64,000 nt of DNA from Gammaproteobacteria bacterium. Lineage in GTDB: Bacteria; Pseudomonadota; Gammaproteobacteria; Steroidobacterales; UBA11654. Under the pieces are notes generated by a model, which saw only the letters and a program-made list of their open reading frames with translations, was not told the DNA's origin and searched no databases. The position numbers were made by a program, and so were the translations under genes. Shown here piece by piece: positions 17,931-27,822 of the stretch. The stretch spans positions 548 through 64,547 of the forward strand of contig JAPYQN010000002.1 in the NCBI GenBank assembly GCA_029941465.1. Reading direction: 5' to 3'. Position 1 is the first letter of the stretch; each line of letters starts with the position of its first letter.

Positions 17931-19508
17931 TTACTCCTTGTTTTTTAATAAAAGTCTTCCTGGAAGTTCACCTGTGAATTCTCCGTTATTTAAAACCCTA
18001 GTGCCATTGACCCAAACTGAATCAATGCCCTCTGATTGCAGAGTTGAATTTGAGAATGTGGAGTTATCCTTAGTGTTTCTTGCATCAAACATTACGATAT
18101 CTGCAAACGCACCTTCTTTAATTACTCCTCTGTCTTTTAGACCTATATTTGTTGCTGATAAATTTGTCATCTTATATATAATCCGCTCAAGTGAGCCCAG
18201 ACCATCCTCACCACGGTATTGAGAAATGACTTTAGGAAATGTTCCACAACCTCTGGGATGAGAACACTCCAGTCCACCGTCACTAGTAACATTGCTGTAT
18301 GGCCAATTAAGCAATAGGCGAACATCACTATCTATCATTCCTTTAGCGACCACATATTCTACTGCTGAGGATGCTGAGCCTAGTCTATAGCTTTCATCAC
18401 TTAAATGAGAAAGCATCTCAACCTCACTTTTACCAGCCTCATTGGCTATATCTGCGACTGTTTTTTGCACATAATCAGGATGTAAAGAATGGTAAACAAA
18501 GGTTATATCTTCAGCAGAAGATAAATTTTCTAATATAAATTCCGTCTCTTTTATATCATTGAAATTTCTTTCTGGGTATAGACTGGTAATACTGCTAGAC
18601 CATGCTTCATAGGGATAGACATCAGTGGTTATATTAATCCCCTCTTCTCTGGCTGCATCCAAGATCGACAGAACCTCATCTGTCCGACCCCAGTTAAATT
18701 TTCCATTCAATTTAAAGTGATCAATATTGACTGGAATTTTTGCCTGTCGACCTATTTCAACTGTCTCAACTATAGCTTCCCAATATTCCCTATCCTCACT
18801 TCTGATATGACTTTTGTATTTACCATCATAATTCGCAGCAACTTTAGCCAATTCAATTACCTCAAGTGTTGAAGAAAAGATCCCAGGGTCATACTCCAAA
18901 CCTGTGCTTAATCCGTATGCACCTGATCTCATGTCTAACTCAATTAAAGAAGCCATGGCCATTATCTCTTTTGCAGTTGCTTCTCTTTTAAAATCTTCTC
19001 TCATAACTTCTAAACGAATACTATTATGTGCTGAAAAACTAGCCACATTAATAGCAACTGGGATTGATTGAAAATACTCTAAATACTGATTGACTGAAAA
19101 ATAGTCAGCAGCTTCTGGTCCGTTAGAAAAACCGTCCATTCCTCTAACAATTGTAGTAACACCTTGAGTAATAACTGCAGCTGCATTTGGCTCCATATCC
19201 AGTCCTATATCATGGTGACTATGCGTATCAATAAAACCAGGCGCTAAATCCAAGCCTTTACCATCAATTACTTGGTTATCTGAACTCAGTTGTGGTTGGT
19301 TGCCTCGTTCGACATGAAGAATTCGATCTCCCCTAATCCTTACCTGTCCTTTAAAGGGCTTGGAGCCAGTTCCATCATAGATCATGACATTGGTAATTAA
19401 TATTGTTGGGGGACCATCAATAAGAATTTCTTCTAAAGCAGAAATCCTGTAATTTACCCCAAGCATTACTAGAAAAACAAAAACTGTCTTCGACTTGAAA
19501 TGAACCAC
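17931..19508 (-). CDS. Exported N-acyl-D-amino-acid deacylase (D-aminoacylase) family amidohydrolase
   Basis: Signal peptide, metal motif GFIDTHSHHD, and a C-terminal ...RGVIKEGAFADIVMFD typical of D-aminoacylases. 525 aa. Confidence 0.8.
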   Translation of the reverse strand: MVHFKSKTVFVFLVMLGVNYRISALEEILIDGPPTILITNVMIYDGTGSKPFKGQVRIRGDRILHVERGNQPQLSSDNQVIDGKGLDLAPGFIDTHSHHDIGLDMEPNAAAVITQGVTTIVRGMDGFSNGPEAADYFSVNQYLEYFQSIPVAINVASFSAHNSIRLEVMREDFKREATAKEIMAMASLIELDMRSGAYGLSTGLEYDPGIFSSTLEVIELAKVAANYDGKYKSHIRSEDREYWEAIVETVEIGRQAKIPVNIDHFKLNGKFNWGRTDEVLSILDAAREEGINITTDVYPYEAWSSSITSLYPERNFNDIKETEFILENLSSAEDITFVYHSLHPDYVQKTVADIANEAGKSEVEMLSHLSDESYRLGSASSAVEYVVAKGMIDSDVRLLLNWPYSNVTSDGGLECSHPRGCGTFPKVISQYRGEDGLGSLERIIYKMTNLSATNIGLKDRGVIKEGAFADIVMFDARNTKDNSTFSNSTLQSEGIDSVWVNGTRVLNNGEFTGELPGRLLLKNKE

Positions 19509-19577
19509 AATATTCCTCCTATAGTTATTGAAATAATTTAATATAATGCCGCTAGGATAATAATAATTTTAAATCTC

Positions 19578-20834
19578 ATGGATGACAAAGAAAAAATTCT
19601 TGGAAAAGGCTTTAAAGCATTGAGGCCGAAATCTGAATATTCAGATGATGTCATTGCACCTCCATATGACGTCCTTAATTCAGAGGAAGCAAGAGACTTA
19701 GCTAAAGGTAAACCCTATAGCTTTCTTCATATCTCAAAACCTGAAATTGATTTGCCAGAAAATATAAAGACAGATGATCCCCGAGTTTATGAGAAAGGGT
19801 TGGAGAATCTAAATCAGATGATTAATGAAAATATTTTGATCAGAGATAATAAAGAAACTCTATTTATTTATAAGATTACAACAAATGATCATAATCAAAC
19901 TGGTATTGGATTTGTGGCTTCAATTGACTCATATGAAGGCAATTTAATAAAAAAACATGAGCATACAACACCTGTAAAAGAACTGGATAGAGTGCATAAT
20001 ATTAAAGCACTGAATGCCCAGACAGGACCGGTGTTGCTAACTTATATTGATAACATTCAATTAGATGAAATGATTAATCAATACACTATTGAAAATCAGC
20101 CAATCTATGACGTCAACACCAGAGAAAAAATAAATCATAAAATTTGGCAAATCACAGACATTAATGAAATTAATAAAGCTACTACTGTTCTGAATAAACT
20201 AGAATCACTGTATATTGCTGATGGACATCATCGCTCTGCGGCAGCCAGCAAGGTAAGAGAATCTAGAATGAATGCTAATCCTGAGCATGATGGTAATGAA
20301 GGTTATAATTACTTTTTAGCCGTTGCTTTTCCCAAAAGTAGAATGAAGATTCTGGACTATAATCGTCTAATTAAGCACACAAATGGCAAATCAACTGATG
20401 AACTAATAACAATGATTGAAGATAATTTCAAATGCACCCCTTCAGACAAACCTGTTAAGCCGAACAAGGGGAAATCATTTGGTATGTTCACTGATGGACA
20501 GTGGTTCAACCTACAGCTCATAAGCGATTACAACAAGAATAGTCCAGTGGATTCACTTGATATAAGCATTCTTCATAATTTTATTTTAGATCCAATTCTT
20601 GGTATAGAAGACGAAAGAGTTGATAAAAATATTGATTTTGTTGGAGGGGCAAGAGGTTTGGAAGAGCTTGTGAGAAGAGTCAACTCAAACGAAATGGCTA
20701 TTGCTTTTTCATTATATCCAACTCCTATCGATGCTTTAATTACAGTTGCTGATGCCGGTCTTATAATGCCACCCAAATCAACTTGGTTTGAACCCAAGCT
20801 AATAGATGGGTTGCTCTCACATATAATTGATTAA
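19578..20834 (+). CDS. DUF1015-family protein
   Basis: 418 aa. Contains APPYDVL, LYIADGHHRSAAA and LDYNRL motifs characteristic of DUF1015. Confidence 0.7.
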   Translation: MDDKEKILGKGFKALRPKSEYSDDVIAPPYDVLNSEEARDLAKGKPYSFLHISKPEIDLPENIKTDDPRVYEKGLENLNQMINENILIRDNKETLFIYKITTNDHNQTGIGFVASIDSYEGNLIKKHEHTTPVKELDRVHNIKALNAQTGPVLLTYIDNIQLDEMINQYTIENQPIYDVNTREKINHKIWQITDINEINKATTVLNKLESLYIADGHHRSAAASKVRESRMNANPEHDGNEGYNYFLAVAFPKSRMKILDYNRLIKHTNGKSTDELITMIEDNFKCTPSDKPVKPNKGKSFGMFTDGQWFNLQLISDYNKNSPVDSLDISILHNFILDPILGIEDERVDKNIDFVGGARGLEELVRRVNSNEMAIAFSLYPTPIDALITVADAGLIMPPKSTWFEPKLIDGLLSHIID

Positions 20835-20915
20835 TTTTTTTTTACCTCCTCACTTCATGTTTTGAGTAAAATTTGACACAATCAATGTTAATTAATTTTA
20901 TTTAAAGGAAAAAAA

Positions 20916-21116
20916 ATGGACGCAGAAGCAATTAAAGAAAAAGCCAACAGCGCGGATGAGAACATTACGTTTACAGACGGCGCTTGTGAAAATTTAACTC
21001 AGGTACCTGATTTCGCAATGGATATGGCTATCAGTCACATGGTTAATGCAGCGAAAGATCAGAGTGTTGATACAATTGATTCTGCTTTCTTGGACGCTAA
21101 TAACCCTATGAAGTAA
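20916..21116 (+). CDS. Small acidic protein (66 aa), possibly PCP_red-like domain
   Basis: AAAGGAAAAAAAATG Shine-Dalgarno-like context. The pattern ITFTDGACENLTQVPDFAMDMAISHMVNAAKDQSVDTID resembles I-x-W/F-T-x2-A-x3-L-x2-I/V-P-x-F of the small protochlorophyllide-reductase-57kD-like domain. This is a weak call. Confidence 0.45.
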   Translation: MDAEAIKEKANSADENITFTDGACENLTQVPDFAMDMAISHMVNAAKDQSVDTIDSAFLDANNPMK

Positions 21117-21123
21117 ATAAAGT

Positions 21124-21201
21124 CTGGTGGTGATGGGTGGACTTGAACCACCGACCTTCGCGTTATGAGTGCGACGCTCTAACCGTCTGAGCTACATCAC
21201 C
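21124..21201 (-). tRNA. tRNA with CAU anticodon (elongator Met, or Ile2 if lysidine-modified)
   Basis: The reverse complement reads GGTGATG-TA-GCTC-AGACGGTTTA-GAGC-G-TCGCA-CTCATAA-CGCGA-AGGTC-GGTGG-TTCAAGT-CCACC-CATCACC-A-CCA. This gives a full cloverleaf with encoded CCA and a G1-C72 pair, so it is not an initiator. The T-arm is identical to that of E. coli tRNA-Ile(GAU) as I recall it. There is an A31/C39 mismatch in the anticodon stem. Confidence 0.85.
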
Positions 21202-21220
21202 AATATTCTTTGAAAGATGG

Positions 21221-21249
21221 ATTTTCAATCTGAAAAACCGTTCTGTCAA
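21221..21249 (-). promoter_or_regulatory. Putative sigma70 promoter of the tRNA-CAU gene
   Basis: The minus strand reads TTGACA-N17-GAAAAT, about 19 nt upstream of the mature tRNA 5' end. Confidence 0.35.
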
Positions 21250-21290
21250 GCAGAAGAGCTAATTTAGAATACTTAATTAATAAAAGAATT

Positions 21291-22484
21291 ATGCAAAATA
21301 GAAAAAAATATTGTTTTATAACACTAATCTCCCTGGGGCTGATAATCCCTATCTCAGTTGAATCCAAAGTATTCCCAGGAGATGAATGGACAACAAAAAC
21401 TCCTTCGGAACTTAATATTCATCAAGACAAGATTGATCACTTATTCGACCTTTCCTTTGATGATGATGCAACACAAGCAGTAGTATTAATAAAAGACGGT
21501 TATCTCATTGGTGAGCGTTATGCAGAGGGTTTTGATAAAAATTCATTTGGCACCTCTTGGTCAATGGCAAAAAGTTTCTATTCCAGTCTAATTGGAATTT
21601 CAATTGAGCGCGGCGAGATCAATAGCCTAGATGATAAAGTCAGTGATTATTTAGAATACTTTAATGATGACAGATCTGAGATCACCATCAGAGATCTTCT
21701 CAATATGGCATCCGGACTCCAATTCCCTGAACACGAACATGAACTGATGTTCTTTGAGCAAGATCATCTTGCTTATGCAAAAAATATTGGTGTCGAGAAA
21801 GAACCTAATACACTCTTTGAGTACAACAATGTCAATTCAATGTTGTTAGGTGACATTTTATTAAAAGCCACCGGTAAAAAAGCCGATAAACTCCTCAATG
21901 AACGAGTACTGCAACCCATTGGTGCTGACAATTTAACTCTTTGGAGGGACAGTGCAGACAATGTGCTCACCTATTGCTGTATCGATATGTCAGCAAGGGA
22001 TTATTCCAGATTTGGACTGCTCTTCTCTAGAAATGGGCAATGGAACCAACATCAGATTATTGCATCAGATTATGTAGATGAAACGTTCACACCTTATTGG
22101 AATTTTACTCCCAAAAGATTTACTGATTTAGATCGCGGTTATAGTCTTCACTGGTGGTTTTCTAAAAACGATGAAGAAGGACAAATTTTTAATGCCAGCG
22201 GTAAATTTGGACAATATATCTTTGTTGATCGAGAAAATGACGTGATTTTTACAAGAATAACAAAATACTATCCGATGCCTGGTTCACAGCAAGATTGGGA
22301 CATCTTGGGACGATTTGATGGTAACGATGTAGAAAGTTTCTTAATAATTTCACGTTTTCTGGAAAAAATAGGTTTGCTAGATGATGTCAAAACACCGAAT
22401 ACGACAGCTGATGGTGAATCTAAAGAGTTTTATGAAAACTACAATGAAATCATTGATGCGATGGCAGATCTAAGCAGAGATTAA
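21291..22484 (+). CDS. Exported serine hydrolase, beta-lactamase/transpeptidase-like family
   Basis: Signal peptide, SxxK (SWSMAKS) and YxN (FEYNNVNS) motifs of class-C beta-lactamase-like esterases/aminopeptidases. Confidence 0.8.
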   Translation: MQNRKKYCFITLISLGLIIPISVESKVFPGDEWTTKTPSELNIHQDKIDHLFDLSFDDDATQAVVLIKDGYLIGERYAEGFDKNSFGTSWSMAKSFYSSLIGISIERGEINSLDDKVSDYLEYFNDDRSEITIRDLLNMASGLQFPEHEHELMFFEQDHLAYAKNIGVEKEPNTLFEYNNVNSMLLGDILLKATGKKADKLLNERVLQPIGADNLTLWRDSADNVLTYCCIDMSARDYSRFGLLFSRNGQWNQHQIIASDYVDETFTPYWNFTPKRFTDLDRGYSLHWWFSKNDEEGQIFNASGKFGQYIFVDRENDVIFTRITKYYPMPGSQQDWDILGRFDGNDVESFLIISRFLEKIGLLDDVKTPNTTADGESKEFYENYNEIIDAMADLSRD

Positions 22485-23582
22485 CTAAACATTGAATCTG
22501 AAGTAAATCACGTCTCCTTCCTTCACAATATAATCTTTACCTTCAAGTCTTAACTTACCCTTTGATTTTGAGCCGTTTTCTCCTTCATACTTGATGTAAT
22601 CATCAAACGAGATAACTTCAGCTTTTATGAATCCTCTTTCAAAATCAGTATGAATGACCCCAGCAGCTTGAGGAGCATTTGAATGCCTTTTAATTGACCA
22701 AGATCTTACTTCCTTAGGCCCAGCTGTAAAGAAGGTTTGAAGATCCAATAAACGATAAGATGACCTAATTAATTTATTGATTGCTGGCTCATTGAGATTA
22801 AGTTCTTTTAGAAATTCGTCCTTGTCGTTTGTATCTAATTTTACTATTTCGGACTCTAAAGCAATGCAAAGTGAAATGATCTCAGTATCTTCAGTTTGAC
22901 CTACATATTTCTCCAATTGTCCTAAATATGGACTAATATCTGAAATTGAAGCTTCGTCAATATTGGCTACAAATAACATTGGTTTTGCTGACAGTAAGCA
23001 TAGTTCTTTCATCCATAGATTTTGATCGTCACTGATTTTAAAAGATCTGGCAGGCTGATTGGAATTCAAATGATCTAAAAGGTCAGTTAAAAAAGCTTTT
23101 TTAGCCAATTGAATCTTATCTCCTGTTTTGGATTGCTTTTCAGCTCGAAGTAGATTTTGATCAAGTGTTTGAATATCTGCTAATAATAATTCGGTATTAA
23201 TGATTTCAAGATCATCCAAAGGATTGATCACATCCGACACATGAGTGATATTCTTGTCTTCAAAGCAACGAATAACATGGATGATAGCGTCTGTTTCTCT
23301 AATATTAGCTAAAAATTTATTCCCCAAGCCCTCTCCTTCTGAAGCACCTTGAACTAATCCTGCAATATCCACAAATTCAATGACTGAGGGAATAATCTCT
23401 TCTGGTTTTGTAATTGTTGCTAATTGATCCAATCTTTCATCTGGAACTGTGACTATGCCAATATTAGGCTCAATGGTACAAAAAGGATAATTAGCTGCTT
23501 CTGCAGAGCCATCTGATAAGAGATTAAATAGGGTTGATTTTCCCACATTAGGAAGACCCACTATGCCACATCGAATACCCAT
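22485..23582 (-). CDS. ychF: Ribosome-binding ATPase YchF
   Basis: The N-terminus [20 protein letters not shown], the TGS-like C-terminus (...[18 protein letters not shown]) and the 365-aa length match. It lies next to pth, as in other gammaproteobacteria. Confidence 0.95.
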   Translation of the reverse strand: MGIRCGIVGLPNVGKSTLFNLLSDGSAEAANYPFCTIEPNIGIVTVPDERLDQLATITKPEEIIPSVIEFVDIAGLVQGASEGEGLGNKFLANIRETDAIIHVIRCFEDKNITHVSDVINPLDDLEIINTELLLADIQTLDQNLLRAEKQSKTGDKIQLAKKAFLTDLLDHLNSNQPARSFKISDDQNLWMKELCLLSAKPMLFVANIDEASISDISPYLGQLEKYVGQTEDTEIISLCIALESEIVKLDTNDKDEFLKELNLNEPAINKLIRSSYRLLDLQTFFTAGPKEVRSWSIKRHSNAPQAAGVIHTDFERGFIKAEVISFDDYIKYEGENGSKSKGKLRLEGKDYIVKEGDVIYFRFNV

Positions 23583-23678
23583 TGCTATAAATTATTGTTG
23601 TACTGATTTGTTTATATTGCTTTGTTTTTAAGAAAAGTCACTTTAAAGTGTTTGGAGTTTAACAAGTTAATAAAAAAA

Positions 23679-24710
23679 ATGGCAAAAAAATTTAAAGCCA
23701 CCACAGCAGGCAGCTTACCAAAATATGGATGGTTAGCTGAAACTGAAACCCTTTGGCCAAAATGGAAAGTTCCCGAGAATGAACTGTGGGAAAAACAAAA
23801 AGAATCTGCAATGCTTTGGATTGAAGAACAAGAAAAATCAGGTCTTGAAATCATTTCAGAGGGTGAGCAATTCCGTATTCATTTTGTGCATGGGTTTCTT
23901 AAGAAAATTAAAGGTATTGATTGGAATAAAAAAACCAAGATGGGTATTAGAAACGATCGCTATACTGTTGAAGTACCTACTGTCGTTGATGTGGTCAGTC
24001 GAGAAGAGTCTATACATTTAAAAGAAGCTCAAGTGTTAAGAGAACACACTGAACAACTCACTAAATTCACATTACCAGGACCCATGACTATTACTGATAC
24101 CATCGCTAATGATTTCTATAGTTCTAAACAAGAAATGGCAATGCATTTTGCCCAATTATTGAATGCTGAAGCTAATGAGTTATCACAAGCTGGGATAGAT
24201 ATTATTCAATTCGATGAGCCAGCATTCAACTCCTTCACAAATGAATCTGTTGAATGGGGAATAGAGGCACTAGAAATCGCTATAAAAAATTTAGATTGTA
24301 AAACAGCTGTTCATATTTGTTATGGTTATGGAATTGATGAGAATTTAAGGTGGAAAGACAGCTTAGGAAATCAATGGAATGAATACAAAACCCTATTCCC
24401 TGCACTTAATAACAGCAATATTGATCAAGTGTCTTTAGAATTCGCTGGCTCAAAAGTTCCAGCAGAGTTAATGCGTTTATTGCCAAACAAAGAAATTATG
24501 GTTGGAGTAATAACTGTTGTGGCTGATCACATAGAAACGCCTGAGGAAGTTAAATTAAATATAGCTGAAGCTCTGAAACATGTTAGTAAGGATCAATTCA
24601 TAGCCTGCAGTAATTGTGGCATGGCTCCAATACCTATTGAGACTGCAAAGTTAAAAATAAAAGCTTTAGGTGAAGGCACTAAAATGGCAAATACAGTTTT
24701 TTTAGATTAA
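23679..24710 (+). CDS. Single-barrel cobalamin-independent methionine-synthase homolog (MetE C-terminal-domain-only)
   Basis: 343 aa counted from the ATG at 23679; the longer ORF from 23622 has no support. COG0620-like N-terminus (TTAGSLPKYGWL...). Zn-ligand positions are readable (VHICYG, SLEFAGS, CSNCGMAP). The N-terminal folate-binding barrel of ~750-aa MetE is absent. Confidence 0.75.
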   Translation: MAKKFKATTAGSLPKYGWLAETETLWPKWKVPENELWEKQKESAMLWIEEQEKSGLEIISEGEQFRIHFVHGFLKKIKGIDWNKKTKMGIRNDRYTVEVPTVVDVVSREESIHLKEAQVLREHTEQLTKFTLPGPMTITDTIANDFYSSKQEMAMHFAQLLNAEANELSQAGIDIIQFDEPAFNSFTNESVEWGIEALEIAIKNLDCKTAVHICYGYGIDENLRWKDSLGNQWNEYKTLFPALNNSNIDQVSLEFAGSKVPAELMRLLPNKEIMVGVITVVADHIETPEEVKLNIAEALKHVSKDQFIACSNCGMAPIPIETAKLKIKALGEGTKMANTVFLD

Positions 24711-25285
24711 TTGAATTGGTTCATTGCTTCATCAATACCTTGATCAATAATTGTTTCAATACCCTCTACTGCATTGAAAATAGCTGAATTTAAAGTCTCT
24801 TGATCACCCTTATTAGGCCTTGAAAGAACATAGTCTATAACCTCTTTCTTGTTAGGGTGACCAATACCCATTCTAATTCTAGAGAAATCAGGTGCGCACT
24901 GCTGAATAATGCTTCTTAGTCCATTATGACCACCATGGCCGCCGCCAAATTTGACTTTAACCTCGCCAACGTTGAGGTCCAAATCATCATGAATGATGCA
25001 CACATCTTCCATCTTAATTTTATAGTATTGCATTAATTGGTTAATAGAAATTCCACTCTCATTCATAAATTTAGAAGATTTAAACAAGGTCACATTTTTA
25101 TCTTTTAAGACAAATTGAGAGGTGCTGCCAGAGATCTTAGAATGTTTTCTAAATTCTATTGTTGGATACTTCTCAGATAATTTATCTAAGACTAGATAGC
25201 CTAGATTATGCCTAGTTTGCAGGTATTGCTTGCCTGGATTGCCCAACCCAATAAAGACTTTGGGAATAAGTTTTAGAGGACGCAT
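24707..25285 (-). CDS. pth: Peptidyl-tRNA hydrolase
   Basis: GLGNPGKQYLQTRHNLGY and GGHGGHNGLRSI motifs. 192 aa. Located downstream of rplY. Confidence 0.95.
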   Translation of the reverse strand: MRPLKLIPKVFIGLGNPGKQYLQTRHNLGYLVLDKLSEKYPTIEFRKHSKISGSTSQFVLKDKNVTLFKSSKFMNESGISINQLMQYYKIKMEDVCIIHDDLDLNVGEVKVKFGGGHGGHNGLRSIIQQCAPDFSRIRMGIGHPNKKEVIDYVLSRPNKGDQETLNSAIFNAVEGIETIIDQGIDEAMNQFN

Positions 25286-25297
25286 AAGGATACTATA

Positions 25298-26020
<723 letters not shown>

Positions 26021-26239
26021 AATTTGTCTGTTGTAAAAATATATTTTATCAAAAAAGTAAAAATCTTTGTTATTTGCTGTAAATAGTAGAGCTATACAAT
26101 AGATTCATTTATTTGTCTTTACAAATAAGCAGTTCGACTTTTTTACCCATGTCAAAACATTCCTCCGTGTGACGTTCGGTCATCAACTTTTAGAGCTTTA
26201 GCAGGCCATCTAAATGACCCGGTCCTAAGGTGGACCTAA

Positions 26240-26437
26240 TTAAACAATATTAATTGCTTGTAGTCCTCTGGGACCTTTCTCAACATCGAATGTCACAACC
26301 TGATTCTCCTCGAGCGTTGCATTTCCTTCGGCTTTAATACCGGAGAAATGTGCAAACACATCGTCACCACCGTCATCCGATGCAATAAATCCAAATCCTT
26401 TAGCGCTGTCAAACCATTTTACTTTTCCTGTTGCCAT
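26240..26437 (-). CDS. Cold-shock protein, CspA family
   Basis: 65 aa. Contains [12 protein letters not shown] (RNP1) and DVFAHFS (RNP2). Confidence 0.95.
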   Translation of the reverse strand: MATGKVKWFDSAKGFGFIASDDGGDDVFAHFSGIKAEGNATLEENQVVTFDVEKGPRGLQAINIV

Positions 26438-26675
26438 TTTTTTTCCTCTAATTGTGAAGTGTTAACTTCGTTTATATTGAAAGGTATTACCTTCATTTGC
26501 ATTAATATCCAGAGGTTTTATGAACACACGCCTCAGGACAATCAATTTCTCCACATACGTATTTATCCATCTTTGAGTGATAAACCGCTGTTGGCCCATT
26601 TAAATAAAAAATGGTGGCAAATAATAACCGATGTTGTGCAATGAAGCTAGTGAAAAATAGCTTATATTGGATTTG
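26438..26675 (-). promoter_or_regulatory. Promoter plus long 5' leader of the csp gene
   Basis: There are 238 nt between the prs stop and the csp ATG (Shine-Dalgarno AGAGGA), which is unusually long for this compact window. CspA-family mRNAs classically carry long structured 5' UTRs. I could not place the exact promoter. Confidence 0.4.
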
Positions 26676-27629
26676 TTAGTCTGCGTAGAGAGAACTAACA
26701 GATTGATCATCGAGCATTCGTTGAATGGTTTCTCCTAGTATCTCTGCAATTGATAACTGTCTAATCTTTCCTACAGCTTTAGCTTCGTCTGTCAAAGGTA
26801 TGGTATCTGTGACCACAAGCTCATCTAAATTAGAGTCTTCAATTCGTTCAATTGCTGGACCAGACAACACTGGATGTACTGCATAAGCCACTGCTTTTAT
26901 TGCTCCTTTTTCTTTAAGGGCTGCGGCTGCATTACAAAGTGTCCCTGCAGTATCCACCATATCATCAAATAATATAGCTGTTTTTCCTTCAACATCGCCT
27001 ATGATGTTCATGACTTCTGATTTATTTGCCACCTCCCTTCTCTTATCAATAATTGCAAGACCAGCACTATCGAGCCTTCGAGCTATAGCTCTTGCTCTCA
27101 AAACTCCACCAACATCAGGAGAAACAATAACTTGGTCTTGATATCTCTGTTTCCATATGTCACTTAATAGAATTTGAGACGAGTAAATATTATCCACAGG
27201 GATTGAGAAAAACCCTTCAATCTGATCAGCATGAAGATCAACAGTAATTAATCTTTGAATACCAGCAGTTTCAATGAGGTTAGCCACTAACTTTGCTGAC
27301 ACAGGGCCTCGTGTGTTTCTTGGCCTCCTATCCTGCCTGGAATAACCAAAGTATGGGATAACTGCCCAAATTGATTCAGCAGATGCTCTTTTACATGCAT
27401 CAGCCATTAACAGAAGCTGCATTAAGTGTTCATTACCAGGTTGATAAGTCGATTGGATAAGAAATATATGCTTACCTCTGATGTTCTCTGCAATCTCTAT
27501 GCTGGTCTCACCATCGCTAAATTGATTAACTTGTATCCAACCAAGAGGCTGATTCAGGTGACGGGCAATCAAATTTCCCAGTTCGTTAGATGCTGGTCCA
27601 GAAAAAAGAATTAGTTTGTCTTTATTCAT
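26676..27629 (-). CDS. prs: Ribose-phosphate pyrophosphokinase
   Basis: Contains [11 protein letters not shown] and the PRPP-binding loop [12 protein letters not shown]. 317 aa. Confidence 0.95.
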   Translation of the reverse strand: MNKDKLILFSGPASNELGNLIARHLNQPLGWIQVNQFSDGETSIEIAENIRGKHIFLIQSTYQPGNEHLMQLLLMADACKRASAESIWAVIPYFGYSRQDRRPRNTRGPVSAKLVANLIETAGIQRLITVDLHADQIEGFFSIPVDNIYSSQILLSDIWKQRYQDQVIVSPDVGGVLRARAIARRLDSAGLAIIDKRREVANKSEVMNIIGDVEGKTAILFDDMVDTAGTLCNAAAALKEKGAIKAVAYAVHPVLSGPAIERIEDSNLDELVVTDTIPLTDEAKAVGKIRQLSIAEILGETIQRMLDDQSVSSLYAD

Positions 27630-27673
27630 TATGTAATTAAACCATGTTAATGATCTTTTTTATAAAAAATTTA

Positions 27674-27748
27674 TGGCTGGGGTGGCAGGATTTGAACCTG
27701 CGCATCACGGGATCAAAACCCGTTGCCTTACCGCTTGGCTACACCCCA
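27674..27748 (-). tRNA. tRNA-Gln (UUG)
   Basis: The reverse complement reads TGGGGTGTAGCCAAGCGGTAAGGCAACGGGTTTTGATCCCGTGATGCGCAGGTTCAAATCCTGCCACCCCAGCCA. The anticodon loop is TTTTGAT. It is close to E. coli tRNA-Gln as I recall it, and the CCA is encoded. Confidence 0.9.
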
Positions 27749-27775
27749 TTAAAAACTCAAAGTAATAAACAAGAC

Positions 27776-27804
27776 ATTCTGAAGTTGCTTGATTACTGTG
27801 TCAA
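27776..27804 (-). promoter_or_regulatory. Putative sigma70 promoter of tRNA-Gln
   Basis: The minus strand reads TTGACA-N17-CAGAAT, 27 nt upstream of the tRNA 5' end. The architecture matches the tRNA-CAU promoter candidate. Confidence 0.35.
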
Positions 27805-27822
27805 GTTGGTGAGAATTTTTAT

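Noticed and set aside
20844-20850. ACCTCCT, identical to the anti-Shine-Dalgarno core of 16S rRNA, lies right after the DUF1015 stop. On the minus strand it reads as a perfect AGGAGGT Shine-Dalgarno sequence.
   Set aside because: On the minus strand the nearest ATG is about 21 nt away and opens a one-codon ORF, so no gene or RNA context supports a function.
9730-21201. The accessory stretch ends at a tRNA gene, which raised the possibility of a tRNA-targeted genomic island.
   Set aside because: There is no integrase, and I could find no direct repeat of the tRNA 3' end. By eye there is no compositional break and there are no mobility genes.
23583-23678. Searched for a SAM or cobalamin riboswitch upstream of the metE-like gene.
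   Set aside because: The spacer is only 96 nt, very AT-rich, and lacks any recognisable riboswitch core.
26109-26240. A slightly GC-richer patch between csp and rplY. I checked it for 4.5S/SRP-like RNA. It also contains a GGAGGA-preceded 13-codon mini-ORF (26109-26150, minus strand) that ends in a perfect palindrome, TTATTTGTCTTTACAAATAA.
   Set aside because: There is no GNRA-capped SRP domain-IV motif. The GGTCC-N6-GGACC hairpin next to the csp stop is probably just a weak terminator. The mini-ORF and its A/U-only stem cannot be supported without conservation data.
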